From NCBI RefSeq assembly GCF_035309685.1, contig NZ_DATGEX010000007.1, forward strand, positions 14,643-78,642: 64,000 nt of DNA, given 5' to 3'. The position numbers and the translations under genes are program-made. Source of the stretch: Phenylobacterium sp. (GTDB lineage Bacteria > Pseudomonadota > Alphaproteobacteria > Caulobacterales > Caulobacteraceae). The notes below the pieces were generated by a model. That model was given only the letters and a program-made list of their open reading frames with translations. It was not told the DNA's origin and searched no databases. Positions 8,992-18,692 of the stretch are shown here, in pieces (position 1 is the first letter of the stretch; the number at the start of each line of letters is the position of its first letter).

Positions 8992-10107
8992 TCAGAGCTT
9001 CACGACGACACCGCGCCGGTCGAGCACGTAGCCCAGCAGCCAGCAAACCAGGGTGTAGGCGATGGCGCAGAGGAGAGAGCCGATCGGCCCAGGAACCGCC
9101 GCCTGGAACAGGGTCTCGCCCACCCAGTCGTAGAGCCCGACGCCCGGCGCGACCTCGGCCTGCTGCAGGGTGGTCACGAAGAGCTCGGAGAACAGGTAGA
9201 TCACCAGGGGATTGCGCCCGAACACCTCGAAGAAGCGGCTGGCCGGGTTCGGCGGACGGCCTTCGAGGAGGGCCGCGAGCCCCGCGAGGATGACCAGGTC
9301 CGAGCCTACGGTCAGCAGGACGAAGCTGCCGGTCCAGAGCTTCTTGGCGATGGGAAAGAGCGGGTTCCAGGCGAGCGCCGCCAGCATCAGGACCAGGCCC
9401 GCCACGGCCATTCGGGGCACGGCTTGCCGTCGGTCGGCCGCGCCGGTCAGGTAGCGTGCGGTGAGGTAGCCCGCGATGACGTTGACCGTCGCCGGCAGGG
9501 TTCCCAGCAGGCCCTCGGGATCGAAGCCGCCGCCGCGCCGATAGAGGTGGCTTTGGCCCAGGACCAGCAGGTCGAGCCGGGCCCCGGCGTTGCCGAGTTT
9601 GGAAAACGGGTCGACGGGATTGTAAGCGACCAGGACGGCCCAATAGCCGGCCAGCAGCAGGATCGAGAGCGCCGCCAGCATCCGCACGGACAGGTAGCGG
9701 ACGGCGAAGGCGGCCAGCCCGTAGCAGAGCGCGATCCGCTGCAGCACGCCCATGATCCGGGTGTCGGCGAGCGGGCTAAGGTTCCAGACCCCGCCGTCCC
9801 GATGCACGAACGGGTACCAGTACATCAGGAAGCCCAGCAGGAAGATCAGGGCCGTGCGCCGCAGGACCTTCAGCGCGAACTGCCCGTGCGTGGCCGGCTT
9901 GCTGAAGCTGAAGGCCATGGCGCAGCCCACGGCGAACAGGAAGGACGGGAAGACCCAGTCGGCGCCGGTGAAGCCCAACCACTTGGCGTGGACCAGCCAG
10001 GGAAAGGGCTGCGCGCCCGGTCCCGGCGTATTGACGACGATCATCAGGGCCACGGCGAGGCCGCGGAAGACATCCAGAGACAGGAAGCGCTCAGCCGGCT
10101 TGGCCAT
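8992..10107 (-). CDS. heparan-alpha-glucosaminide N-acetyltransferase-like polytopic membrane protein (DUF5009/DUF1624 family)
   Basis: N-terminus MAKPAERFLSLDVFRGLAVALMIVVNTPG is the family hallmark, followed by many hydrophobic segments. ATG at 10107 chosen. The upstream part of the 453-aa ORF is Pro/Ser/Arg-rich and overlaps the GH89 gene. Confidence 0.75.
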   Translation of the reverse strand: MAKPAERFLSLDVFRGLAVALMIVVNTPGPGAQPFPWLVHAKWLGFTGADWVFPSFLFAVGCAMAFSFSKPATHGQFALKVLRRTALIFLLGFLMYWYPFVHRDGGVWNLSPLADTRIMGVLQRIALCYGLAAFAVRYLSVRMLAALSILLLAGYWAVLVAYNPVDPFSKLGNAGARLDLLVLGQSHLYRRGGGFDPEGLLGTLPATVNVIAGYLTARYLTGAADRRQAVPRMAVAGLVLMLAALAWNPLFPIAKKLWTGSFVLLTVGSDLVILAGLAALLEGRPPNPASRFFEVFGRNPLVIYLFSELFVTTLQQAEVAPGVGLYDWVGETLFQAAVPGPIGSLLCAIAYTLVCWLLGYVLDRRGVVVKL

Positions 10108-10117
10108 GGGGCCGAGC

Positions 10118-12388
10118 CTAGGCGCGATCCAGCGTGGCGAGAAGCGCCCGGACTGAGGCGACGGGATCGGCCGGCGGCTCGCGGACGTAGGCGGTGTCGC
10201 GCCCGACCCAGGCGTGCTCCCAGCCGGTGATCGTCGCGACGACGGCGGCCTCGTCGAAAGGGCCGGTTCCGGCGGCGCGCAGGGCGTCCAGGAACTGGCG
10301 CCAGCGCGGCAGGTAGAAGTCGCGGTAGAGGCCCTGCCAGGCCTTCGACGCATAGTCGTTGAGGTTGCCGTCGCCGCCCCAGATGGTGACCTGGGCCTTG
10401 GCGTTCAGGACATAGGCCCGGGCGTCGGCGGGGGCGTCGCCATAGGCGCGGGCCTCGGCGATCCAGGTCGCGAGCGTCTGCGGTTGGACGCCCAGCAGGG
10501 CGTCGAGGCCGAGCGCCAGGTCTTCGACCTTGCGGCGCGAGGCGTCGCCCGCCGCAAGGTCGCCGCGTCGGTAGGCCGAGACCGTCTCGATCAGCAGAAG
10601 GTCGACGCGCTCGCTGACCAGGTGGCGGACCGCGTCGACCAGATCGAGGACGAAGAGCCGCTCGCCCGCAAGCTGCGGGGCGAGGCGGGTAAGCTCCCGC
10701 ACCGCCGCGTCCAACTCGGCGCGGTCGCCCGGGTGTCCTTCGAAGTTCACGATCGTCGCGGTCGGACGCTTGAAGAACAGGTAGGCGCCGGCGCGGTTGT
10801 CCCACCAGCGCGGCGTCCAGTAGCGGGTGCGATAGGCGCTGTCGGCCAGCTTCGCCAAGGCGGCGTCCAACTCGGGGCTCGTGCGGCCATACCGCGACCG
10901 CGCATAGGCCGAGAGCCAGTCGCCTTGCGACGCGCCGCCCGCGTTCCAGGCCAAGTCGTAGGCGGCCTCATAGACGATGGAATTGTTGTGCAGGCCCTCG
11001 GGGAACAGGCCGAAACCAGCCAGCGCCCTGGTGTCCTTGCTGGCGGTGAGCGCCGCCAGGTCGGTGCGGTAATAGCCGAGGTCGCCGTAGACCGGGTTGC
11101 TGGCCCCGTAGTTGTGCACGTAGCCGTAGATCCAGCGCTTGCCACCGAAGGCGCGGGCCCTGCGCCAGATATCCGGATAGCGGTCGTTGCCGATGTCGAG
11201 GACCATCAGCTTGTCGTCGGGGACCTGGCTGAAATAGGCGGCGATGGCGTCGGGCGTCCAGAACGCCTGGTCGGCGCCGAACAGCCAGCCCTGCATCACC
11301 CAGACCGCGTCTGGCTGAGCCTGCTGGAAGGCGTCGTGGATCGCCTTGCCGTAGGCGGCGAGGCGCCTCGCCTTCAGCGCCGGATCGACGGGCGCCTTAG
11401 CCTGGGCGACCTTGCCGGCCGCATCGTTGAAGGCGCCGCCGGCGTCGGAGCCATCCTGCGCGATGGGCGGGGTCATCTCGTTGAAGGAGTCGGCGAGGTA
11501 GAAGGTCCCCGGGCCGTAGGTCTCGCTGTAGAGCGCCAGGAAGCGCGCGGCGAGTTTCGGAAACAGCGGGTCGCCGGGGTCGAGCCAGTAGGTCTCGTGG
11601 AAGCCGGCGCCGGCGCGCATGCGGTAGATCTTCGCCGCGGGGTTCTTCTGCGCGAACGCCCTGGGCACATAGCCGCCGAAGGCCGGCAGGATCGGGCTCA
11701 TGCCGAGGGCGCGCATGCGCGCCAGGATCAGGCGCTGCAAGTCGCGCTTCTTATCGATCCAGGCAGCGGGCAAGGGCGCACGGTAGCCCTCGAAATTGCC
11801 CATCCGCTGCCAGGGCGTGAAGGCCGGGCCGGAGAAATACTCAGCCAGTTCCCCTTCGGTCAGGCCCATCTCACGCCACAGCGCGCGCCAGACGTATTCC
11901 TGGCCCTCCATGGCCAGCGGCATGTCGATCCCGTGGACCGCCATCCAGTCGATCTCGCGCTCCCAGCGCGGCCAGCCCCACCAGGGCGTCGTGTAGCCGA
12001 AGGTGCAGGTGTTCAGGTAGGCGCGGTGGGCGAACGGGCTCTCCACCCGGCCGCTGGCGATGTCGGGCCAGCGCTTGGGCAGGGCGACGCGGTCGCCGTC
12101 CCAACTCACCTGCGCCGCTCCGAGCTGACGCATGGCGGCGTAGGCGCCACGGGCCAGGGCCACGGGGCCGTCGCCGCGCACGGCGAGCGTCCCGCCGCGG
12201 CCTTCGGCGGCGTACCAGGGTCGCGCAGCCGGCGGCTCAAGCGAGAGCCTGATCTTGCCGGCGGCAGGCCCGAACAGGCGCGTCAGCACGCCTCGCGCGG
12301 CGTCTGCGCCGGCGCTCAGAGCGGGCGTCGCGGCGGCGAGCCCCGCGCTCAGCGACCCGACCAGCGCCTCGCGGCGTGAGGGCGCCAC
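10118..12388 (-). CDS. alpha-N-acetylglucosaminidase, glycoside hydrolase family 89 (NAGLU-like), Tat-exported
   Basis: YLNTCTFGYTTPWWGWPRWEREIDWMAVHGIDMPLAMEGQEYVW and similarity throughout to NAGLU. N-terminal twin-arginine motif SRREALVG followed by AAATPALSAGA. GTG start. Confidence 0.9.
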   Translation of the reverse strand: MAPSRREALVGSLSAGLAAATPALSAGADAARGVLTRLFGPAAGKIRLSLEPPAARPWYAAEGRGGTLAVRGDGPVALARGAYAAMRQLGAAQVSWDGDRVALPKRWPDIASGRVESPFAHRAYLNTCTFGYTTPWWGWPRWEREIDWMAVHGIDMPLAMEGQEYVWRALWREMGLTEGELAEYFSGPAFTPWQRMGNFEGYRAPLPAAWIDKKRDLQRLILARMRALGMSPILPAFGGYVPRAFAQKNPAAKIYRMRAGAGFHETYWLDPGDPLFPKLAARFLALYSETYGPGTFYLADSFNEMTPPIAQDGSDAGGAFNDAAGKVAQAKAPVDPALKARRLAAYGKAIHDAFQQAQPDAVWVMQGWLFGADQAFWTPDAIAAYFSQVPDDKLMVLDIGNDRYPDIWRRARAFGGKRWIYGYVHNYGASNPVYGDLGYYRTDLAALTASKDTRALAGFGLFPEGLHNNSIVYEAAYDLAWNAGGASQGDWLSAYARSRYGRTSPELDAALAKLADSAYRTRYWTPRWWDNRAGAYLFFKRPTATIVNFEGHPGDRAELDAAVRELTRLAPQLAGERLFVLDLVDAVRHLVSERVDLLLIETVSAYRRGDLAAGDASRRKVEDLALGLDALLGVQPQTLATWIAEARAYGDAPADARAYVLNAKAQVTIWGGDGNLNDYASKAWQGLYRDFYLPRWRQFLDALRAAGTGPFDEAAVVATITGWEHAWVGRDTAYVREPPADPVASVRALLATLDRA

Positions 12389-12398
12389 GGCCCTGCTC

Positions 12399-13838
12399 TC
12401 AGTCCCGCGAGACGGCGCCGACGCGCGCCACGCGGAGCGAGTTTGTGCCGCCGGATTTGCCGAAGGGCACGCCGGCCACCACCACGATCTCGTCGCCCCG
12501 CCGGGCGATCCCGGCGCGGGAGGACAGCTGGGTCGCCATGGCCACCGTTTCGGTCATGGTGAAGGTGCCTTCGCAGACCAGCGGGTGCACGCCCCACGGC
12601 AGCGCGAGGCGGCGTGCGGTCTCCACCGACGGCGTCAGGCCGAGGATCACGCAGTCCGGCCGCTGGCGCGCGATCCTCAGCGCCGTGACCCCGCTGGTGG
12701 TGAAGGCCACGATCACGCTGGCCTCGATGGTCTCTGCGACCTGGCGTGCGGCCACCGAGATGGCGTCGGCGGAGGACTTTTCCGGGGTCGGGCGCATGGC
12801 CGCGCGGGTGGCGCGCAGGTCCTCGTCGCGCTCGGTGCGGGAAAGGATCCGGTCCATCATCCGCACGGTCTCGATGGGGTACTTGCCGGTGGCGGTCTCG
12901 GCCGACAGCATCACCGCATCGGCGCCGTCGAACACCGCGGTCGCCACGTCCGAGGCCTCGGCCCGGGTCGGCGAGGGCTGCTCGGTCATGCTCTCCATCA
13001 TCTGGGTCGCCACGACGACGGGCTTGCCCCAGCGGTGGGCGGCGCGGATCACCCGCTTCTGGATCAGCGGCACGTCCTCGGGCGGCAGTTCGACGCCGAG
13101 GTCGCCGCGGGCCACCATCACCGCGTCGGAAAGCTGGAAGATCTCGTCGAGCTTCTCCAGCGCCTGCGGCTTCTCGATCTTCGACATCAGGTGCGCGCGG
13201 CCTTTCACCAGCTCGCGCGCCTCGGCCACGTCCTCCGGCCGCTGCACGAAGGAAAGCCCGATGTAGTCGACGCCGCAGTCCAGCGCGAAGGCGAGGTCGG
13301 AGCGGTCCTTCACGGTCAAGGCCGGGATCGGCAGGATCGCGCCCGGCAGGTTGACGCCCTTGCGGTCCGACAGCCGGCCGCCGACCGTCACCCGGGTCTC
13401 CAGATACTCCGGCGTCTGGCGCACCACCTCCAGCTGGATGCGGCCGTCGTCGAGCAGCAGGCTGTAGCCCACCGAGGCCGCGGCCATGATCTCCGGATGC
13501 GGCAGCTGCACCCGCGAGCCGTCGCCCGGCTGCGGCGACAGGTCCAGTCGGAACGGCCGGCCCCATTGCAGCACCACGTGGCCGGCGGCGAAGCGGCCGA
13601 CCCGCAGTTTCGGCCCCTGCATATCGGCCAGGATCGCGATCGGGCGGCCAAGCTTCTTCTCGACGCGGCGGATCGCCTCGACGTTGCGAGCGTGGTCCTC
13701 CTGCGCGCCGTGGCTGAAGTTCAGCCGGAAGACGTCGGCGCCGGCCCGGAACAGCGCGTCGATGCGCTCGAGGTCGGAGGTCGCGGGCCCGAGGGTCGCG
13801 ACGATCTTCATCCGGCGTTGGCGGGGAGGGTGAGCCAT
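12399..13838 (-). CDS. pyk: pyruvate kinase
   Basis: MKIVATLGPATS, NFSHG and MVARGDLGVE motifs. The start may instead be the internal ATG at 13811. Confidence 0.92.
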   Translation of the reverse strand: MAHPPRQRRMKIVATLGPATSDLERIDALFRAGADVFRLNFSHGAQEDHARNVEAIRRVEKKLGRPIAILADMQGPKLRVGRFAAGHVVLQWGRPFRLDLSPQPGDGSRVQLPHPEIMAAASVGYSLLLDDGRIQLEVVRQTPEYLETRVTVGGRLSDRKGVNLPGAILPIPALTVKDRSDLAFALDCGVDYIGLSFVQRPEDVAEARELVKGRAHLMSKIEKPQALEKLDEIFQLSDAVMVARGDLGVELPPEDVPLIQKRVIRAAHRWGKPVVVATQMMESMTEQPSPTRAEASDVATAVFDGADAVMLSAETATGKYPIETVRMMDRILSRTERDEDLRATRAAMRPTPEKSSADAISVAARQVAETIEASVIVAFTTSGVTALRIARQRPDCVILGLTPSVETARRLALPWGVHPLVCEGTFTMTETVAMATQLSSRAGIARRGDEIVVVAGVPFGKSGGTNSLRVARVGAVSRD

Positions 13839-13845
13839 GGAGGCC

Positions 13846-14826
13846 TTATAGACTGACCGGGCGGCCAGTCTTCAAGGACTGAGCCGCTGCTTCGGCGAGC
13901 GCGAGGGCCGCGACGCCGTCCGCATAGCCGATCGCCGGCTCCGCCTTGCCGGCCAGGATGTCGGCGAAATGGGCCATCTCGGCGCGGTAGGCGGCGGCGT
14001 AGCGGTCGAGGAAGAAGTTCTGGAACCGGTCGGCCGCCGCGCCGTCCTCCCGCCAGACCTGGACCGTGCTCTCGGTGGCGTTGTCGGCGCGGACCATGCC
14101 GGCCGCGCCATAGGCCTCGATCCGCTGGTCGTAGCCGAAGCCGGAGCGGCGGCTGTTGGCGATCACGCAGAGCTTGCCGGACGCGGTCTTGAGCATGGTG
14201 CGCGCGGTGTCGATGTCGCCGGCCTCGCCGATGGCCGGGTCCACCAGGCAGCTCCCCCAGGCGAACACCTCCGACGGCTCTTCGCCCAGCAGCCAGCGGG
14301 CCATGTCGAAGTCGTGGATGGCCATGTCCTTGAAGAGGCCGCCGGAGACTTTCACATAGGAAACCGGCGGCGGCGCGGGATCGTTGCTGGTGATCTGCAG
14401 GGTTTCAAGCGCGCCGGCCGCGCCTGCGTCTAGCCGCGCCTTCAGGGCTCGGAAGCTGGGGTCGAAGCGGCGGTTGAAGCCCAGGAATAGGCGGGCGTCC
14501 CTGAGTTGCGCGGCCGCGGCGCGGGCCCGGCCCAGGTCCATGTCCAGCGGCTTCTCGCAGAAGATCGCCTTGCCGGCGGCGGCCGCAGCCAGGCAGTGGT
14601 CGAGGTGGGCGTCGGTGGAACTGGCGACGATCACCCCGTCGACCCCGCCGTCGGCCAGCACGGTTTCCAGAGCGGCCACGGCAGCGCCGGTCTCGGCGGC
14701 CAGCGCCTCGGCGCTCGCCGCCACCGGGTCCACCACGTGGCTCAGCGTCAGGGCTTGGTGCGCCATGGCGTTGGCCGCGTGGATCTTGCCGATCCGGCCG
14801 GCGCCGAGCAGGGCGATCTTGAACAT
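13846..14826 (-). CDS. iolG: inositol 2-dehydrogenase (Gfo/Idh/MocA family)
   Basis: MFKIALLGAGRIGKIHA Rossmann N-terminus. Divergent from iolCDEB. Confidence 0.85.
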   Translation of the reverse strand: MFKIALLGAGRIGKIHAANAMAHQALTLSHVVDPVAASAEALAAETGAAVAALETVLADGGVDGVIVASSTDAHLDHCLAAAAAGKAIFCEKPLDMDLGRARAAAAQLRDARLFLGFNRRFDPSFRALKARLDAGAAGALETLQITSNDPAPPPVSYVKVSGGLFKDMAIHDFDMARWLLGEEPSEVFAWGSCLVDPAIGEAGDIDTARTMLKTASGKLCVIANSRRSGFGYDQRIEAYGAAGMVRADNATESTVQVWREDGAAADRFQNFFLDRYAAAYRAEMAHFADILAGKAEPAIGYADGVAALALAEAAAQSLKTGRPVSL

Positions 14827-14871
14827 GGCGGTGGCGGGGCCTCGAAACGTTGCGCAGAGCTCACGTATCGT

Positions 14872-14885
14872 GGACTACAGATTCC
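14872..14885. promoter_or_regulatory. candidate IolR-type operator half-palindrome in the iolG/iolC divergent intergenic region
   Basis: GGACTACAGATTCC is one mismatch from the GGAA-N6-TTCC palindrome that I recall being reported as the IolR operator in Sinorhizobium. It lies 12 nt upstream of the iolC ATG. This is a motif match only, and no iolR gene is in the window. Confidence 0.25.
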
Positions 14886-14896
14886 AGCACGCGCCA

Positions 14897-16858
14897 ATGC
14901 GCGGTCATGGCGCCCCCGAAGTGTCCCCAGACGTGTCCAGCGACGGCAAAACCCTCGACCTTCTGGCGATCGGCCGCTCCAGCGTCGATCTCTACGGCCA
15001 GCAGGTCGGTGGTCGGCTGGAGGACATGGGCTCCTTCGCCAAGTACGTCGGCGGCAGCCCGACCAACACCGCCATCGGCGGCGCGCGCCTGGGACTGAAG
15101 ACCGCGCTGCTGACCCGGGTCGGAGGCGACCACATGGGCCGGTTCATCCGCGAGCAGCTGGTCCGCGAGGGCGTCGACGTGGCCAGCGTGATCGCCGACC
15201 CGGCGCGGCTGACCGCCCTGGTGATCCTGGGCATCCGCGACCGCGAGAGCTTCCCGCTGATCTTCTACCGCGAGGCCTGCGCCGACATGGCGCTGACCGC
15301 CGCCGACGTGGATGAAGCCCAGGTGCGCGCCGCCCGCGCCGTGCTTGTCAACGGAACCCACCTGTCGCAACCCGGCGTCCGCGACTGTTCGATGAAGGCC
15401 GCCGAACTGGCGCGAGCGTCCGGCGGCAAGGTGGTGTTCGACGTCGACTACCGTCCGGTCCTCTGGGGGCTGACGGCGCGCGACATGGGCGAGGACCGCT
15501 TCGTGGCGCACGAGGCGGTGACGGCGATCCTGCAGCAGGTGTTGCCGGCCTGCGACCTAGTCGTGGGCACGGAAGAGGAGATGCACATCCTCGGCGGTTC
15601 GACCGACACCGTCGCCGCTTTGCGGTCTATCCGTACACGGACAGATGCGCTGCTGGTCTGCAAGCGCGGGCCCGAGGGCTGCTCGGCCTTCCCGGGCGCG
15701 ATCCCCGGCAGTTTGGATGACGGCGTGGCGGGTCCGGGCTTCAAGGTCGAGGTGTTCAACGTGCTGGGCGCCGGCGACGCCTTCATGAGCGGCTTCCTGC
15801 GGGGTTGGCTGCGGGGCGAGCCGCTGGAGCGCTGCTGTGAGCTCGCCAACGCCGCGGGCGCCATCGTCGTCTCCCGCCACGGCTGCGCGCCCGCCATGCC
15901 GACCTGGCCGGAGATGCAGGCGTTCCTGGCGATGCGCGAGCGCCCGTTCCGCCTGCGCCAGGACGCCGAGCTGGAGCACATCCACTGGGCGACGACGCGG
16001 GCCGGGACCTACGATCAGCTCACCGTGCTCGCCATCGACCATCGCAGCCAGTTCGAGGACATGGCGCGCGACCTGGGCGCCGATCTCGCCCGCGTCCCTG
16101 CCTTCAAACGCCTGGCTCTGGCCGCGCTCGATCGGGTCGCTGGCGGCGATCCGAGTTTCGGCATCCTGCTCGACGGCCGTTTCGGCTTCGACGCCCTCGC
16201 TGCGGCGGCCGACCGTCCCTACTGGATCGGCCGGCCCATCGAGGTTCCGAGGTCGCGGCCGCTGGCGTTCGAATGTTCGGCCGATGTCGCCACCGAGATC
16301 GCCGAATGGCCGCTCAACCACGTCGTGAAGGTGCTGTGCCTCTATCATCCGGACGACGAACCCGACCTGCGTGAGCGGCAGGAGCGGCAGCTTGCCCGCC
16401 TCTTCGATGCCTGCCGCAAGACCCGCCACGAGCTGCTGGTCGAGATCATCCTGCCCGCCGAGATGCCGAGCGACGCCACGACCGTCGCCCGCGCCCTGGA
16501 CCGCCTCTACGGCCTGGGGATCAAGCCGGACTGGTGGAAACTCGAGCCGCTGGACGATCCGGCCGCCTGGCGCGGCGTGGCCGCGGTTATCGAGAGCCGC
16601 GATCCCTTCTGCCGTGGCGTGGTGCTGCTGGGCCTGTCGCAGCCGACGGAGGCTCTGCTGGCCGCCTTCGCGGCGGTCGCCGATATCCCGGTGGTCAAAG
16701 GCTTCGCGGTCGGCCGAACCATCTTCGCCGAGGCCGCCCGGGCCTGGCTGGCCGGCGAGATCGACGATGCGGCGGCGGTGACCGTGCTGGCCGACAATCT
16801 GGCGGCCCTGGTCGAGGGCTGGCGGCGCGCGCGGGCGGCTGTGGGGCAGGCGGCATGA
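14897..16858 (+). CDS. iolC: bifunctional 5-dehydro-2-deoxygluconokinase / DUF2090 (IolJ-like aldolase) fusion
   Basis: N-terminal PfkB ribokinase-like half (LDLLAIGRSSVDLYG ... NVLGAGDAFMSGFL) is fused to a ~300-aa C-terminal half typical of alphaproteobacterial IolC. The in-frame ATG at 14897 avoids the antisense overlap with iolG. Confidence 0.85.
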   Translation: MRGHGAPEVSPDVSSDGKTLDLLAIGRSSVDLYGQQVGGRLEDMGSFAKYVGGSPTNTAIGGARLGLKTALLTRVGGDHMGRFIREQLVREGVDVASVIADPARLTALVILGIRDRESFPLIFYREACADMALTAADVDEAQVRAARAVLVNGTHLSQPGVRDCSMKAAELARASGGKVVFDVDYRPVLWGLTARDMGEDRFVAHEAVTAILQQVLPACDLVVGTEEEMHILGGSTDTVAALRSIRTRTDALLVCKRGPEGCSAFPGAIPGSLDDGVAGPGFKVEVFNVLGAGDAFMSGFLRGWLRGEPLERCCELANAAGAIVVSRHGCAPAMPTWPEMQAFLAMRERPFRLRQDAELEHIHWATTRAGTYDQLTVLAIDHRSQFEDMARDLGADLARVPAFKRLALAALDRVAGGDPSFGILLDGRFGFDALAAAADRPYWIGRPIEVPRSRPLAFECSADVATEIAEWPLNHVVKVLCLYHPDDEPDLRERQERQLARLFDACRKTRHELLVEIILPAEMPSDATTVARALDRLYGLGIKPDWWKLEPLDDPAAWRGVAAVIESRDPFCRGVVLLGLSQPTEALLAAFAAVADIPVVKGFAVGRTIFAEAARAWLAGEIDDAAAVTVLADNLAALVEGWRRARAAVGQAA

Positions 16859-18690
16859 GCACGGTTCGGCTGACGGCGGCCCAGGCCGCGGTGCGCTATC
16901 TCGCGGCGCAGGATGTCGAGGTCGACGGCGGCGTCGTCCCGTTCTTCGCCGGGGTTTGGGCGATCTTCGGGCACGGCAATGTCGCGGGGCTCGGCGAGGC
17001 GCTGCAGGCCGCCCAGGACGTGCTGCCGACCTTCCGGGCCCACAACGAACAGGCCATGGCCCACGCCGCCATCGCCTACGCCAAGCAGATGCGCCGGGCC
17101 CGCGCCATGGTCTGCACCACGTCCATCGGGCCGGGCGCTGCCAACATGGTGACGGCCGCGGCGCTGGCGCACGTGAACCGCCTGCCGGTGCTGCTGCTGC
17201 CGGGCGACGTCTACGCCAGCCGCGCGCCCGATCCGGTGCTGCAGCAGGTGGAGGCCTTCGCCGACGGCACGGTCAGCGCCAACGACTGCTTCCGCCCGGT
17301 GTCGCGCTACTTCGACCGCATCGTCCGGCCCGAGCAGCTGCTCGCGGCCCTGCCGCGCGCCCTGGCGGTGCTGACCGATCCCGCCGACTGCGGGCCGGTG
17401 ACGCTGGCCTTCTGCCAGGACGTTCAGGCCGAGGCCTATGACTGGCCGGAAGCGTTTTTCCGCCGCCGCCTTTGGCTGACGCGCCGCCAGCCGGCGGACC
17501 CACGCGAGATCGAGGCCCTGGCCAGGCGCCTGCGGGCCGCCAAGGCGCCGCTGATCGTGGCCGGCGGCGGCGTGCTCTACGCCAAGGCCGAGGCGGCGCT
17601 CGCCGAATTCGCCGCGCGGACCGGCGTTCCGGTCGCCGAGACGCAGGCCGGCAAGGGCGCGCTCACCTGGGACCACGCCCAGGCCCTGGGGGCCATCGGC
17701 GTCACCGGCTCCAGCGCCGCCAATGCGGCGGCCGCGGAAGCCGACCTCGTGGTCGCTATCGGCACGCGGTTGCAGGACTTCACCACCGGTTCGCGCGCCC
17801 TGTTCGCCAATCCTGACCGGACCTTGGTCCAGGTGAATGTCGCCACCTTCGACGCCGTGAAGCACAGCGCCGAGCCGGTGGTGGGCGATGCGGGCGCGGT
17901 GCTGGACCAGCTCGCCGCCGTGCTCGGCGACTGGCGCGCGCCGCGGGCCTGGGGCGACCGCACCGCCGAGGCCATCGCCCTCTGGACCGACGAGGCCGAC
18001 GCCGCCATGGCGGTGACCGATGCGGAACTGCCCTCCGACGCCCAGGTGATCGGCGCCGTCTGGCGCGCCGTGCACGAGGGCGCGATCGTGGTCTGCGCCG
18101 CCGGCGGCCTGCCGGGCGAACTGCACAAGCTCTGGCGCACGCGCGAGCCTGGCGGCTACCACGTGGAGTACGGCTTTTCCTGTATGGGCTATGAGATCGC
18201 CGGCGGCCTGGGCGTGAAGCTTGCCGCGCCCGACCGCGAGGTCGTGGTCATGGTCGGCGACGGCTCGTACCTGATGCTGAATTCCGAGATCGCCACCTCG
18301 GTGGCCATGGGCGCCAAGCTGATCGTCACCGTGCTGGATAACCGCGGCTTCGGCTGCATCAGCCGTCTGCAGGCCGGGACAGGCGGCGCTGCGTTCAACA
18401 ACCTGCTGGACGAGGCGGCGCCCGTGGTCGACTTCGCCGCCCATGCCGCAAGCCTCGGCGCGCGCTCGGAGAAGGTGAGCGGCATCGCCGAGTTCGAGGC
18501 CGCCATGGGCCGTGCCCGCGCGTCTGACCGCACCTATGTGGTGGTCATCGACACCGACCCGCTGGCGTCCACAGAAGCCGGCGGCGCCTGGTGGGATGTG
18601 GCGGTTCCGGAGGTCTCGCAGCGGGCCGAGGTGCGGGCCGCCCGCGCCGACTACGACGCCGCCAGGCAGAACCAGCGCCGGGGAGATTGA
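16855..18690 (+). CDS. iolD: 3D-(3,5/4)-trihydroxycyclohexane-1,2-dione acylhydrolase (ThDP-dependent)
   Basis: ThDP-enzyme architecture with GDGSYLM ThDP motif. ATGA overlap with the iolC stop. Position within the iol cluster supports the call. Confidence 0.88.
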   Translation: MSTVRLTAAQAAVRYLAAQDVEVDGGVVPFFAGVWAIFGHGNVAGLGEALQAAQDVLPTFRAHNEQAMAHAAIAYAKQMRRARAMVCTTSIGPGAANMVTAAALAHVNRLPVLLLPGDVYASRAPDPVLQQVEAFADGTVSANDCFRPVSRYFDRIVRPEQLLAALPRALAVLTDPADCGPVTLAFCQDVQAEAYDWPEAFFRRRLWLTRRQPADPREIEALARRLRAAKAPLIVAGGGVLYAKAEAALAEFAARTGVPVAETQAGKGALTWDHAQALGAIGVTGSSAANAAAAEADLVVAIGTRLQDFTTGSRALFANPDRTLVQVNVATFDAVKHSAEPVVGDAGAVLDQLAAVLGDWRAPRAWGDRTAEAIALWTDEADAAMAVTDAELPSDAQVIGAVWRAVHEGAIVVCAAGGLPGELHKLWRTREPGGYHVEYGFSCMGYEIAGGLGVKLAAPDREVVVMVGDGSYLMLNSEIATSVAMGAKLIVTVLDNRGFGCISRLQAGTGGAAFNNLLDEAAPVVDFAAHAASLGARSEKVSGIAEFEAAMGRARASDRTYVVVIDTDPLASTEAGGAWWDVAVPEVSQRAEVRAARADYDAARQNQRRGD

Positions 18691-18692
18691 GT

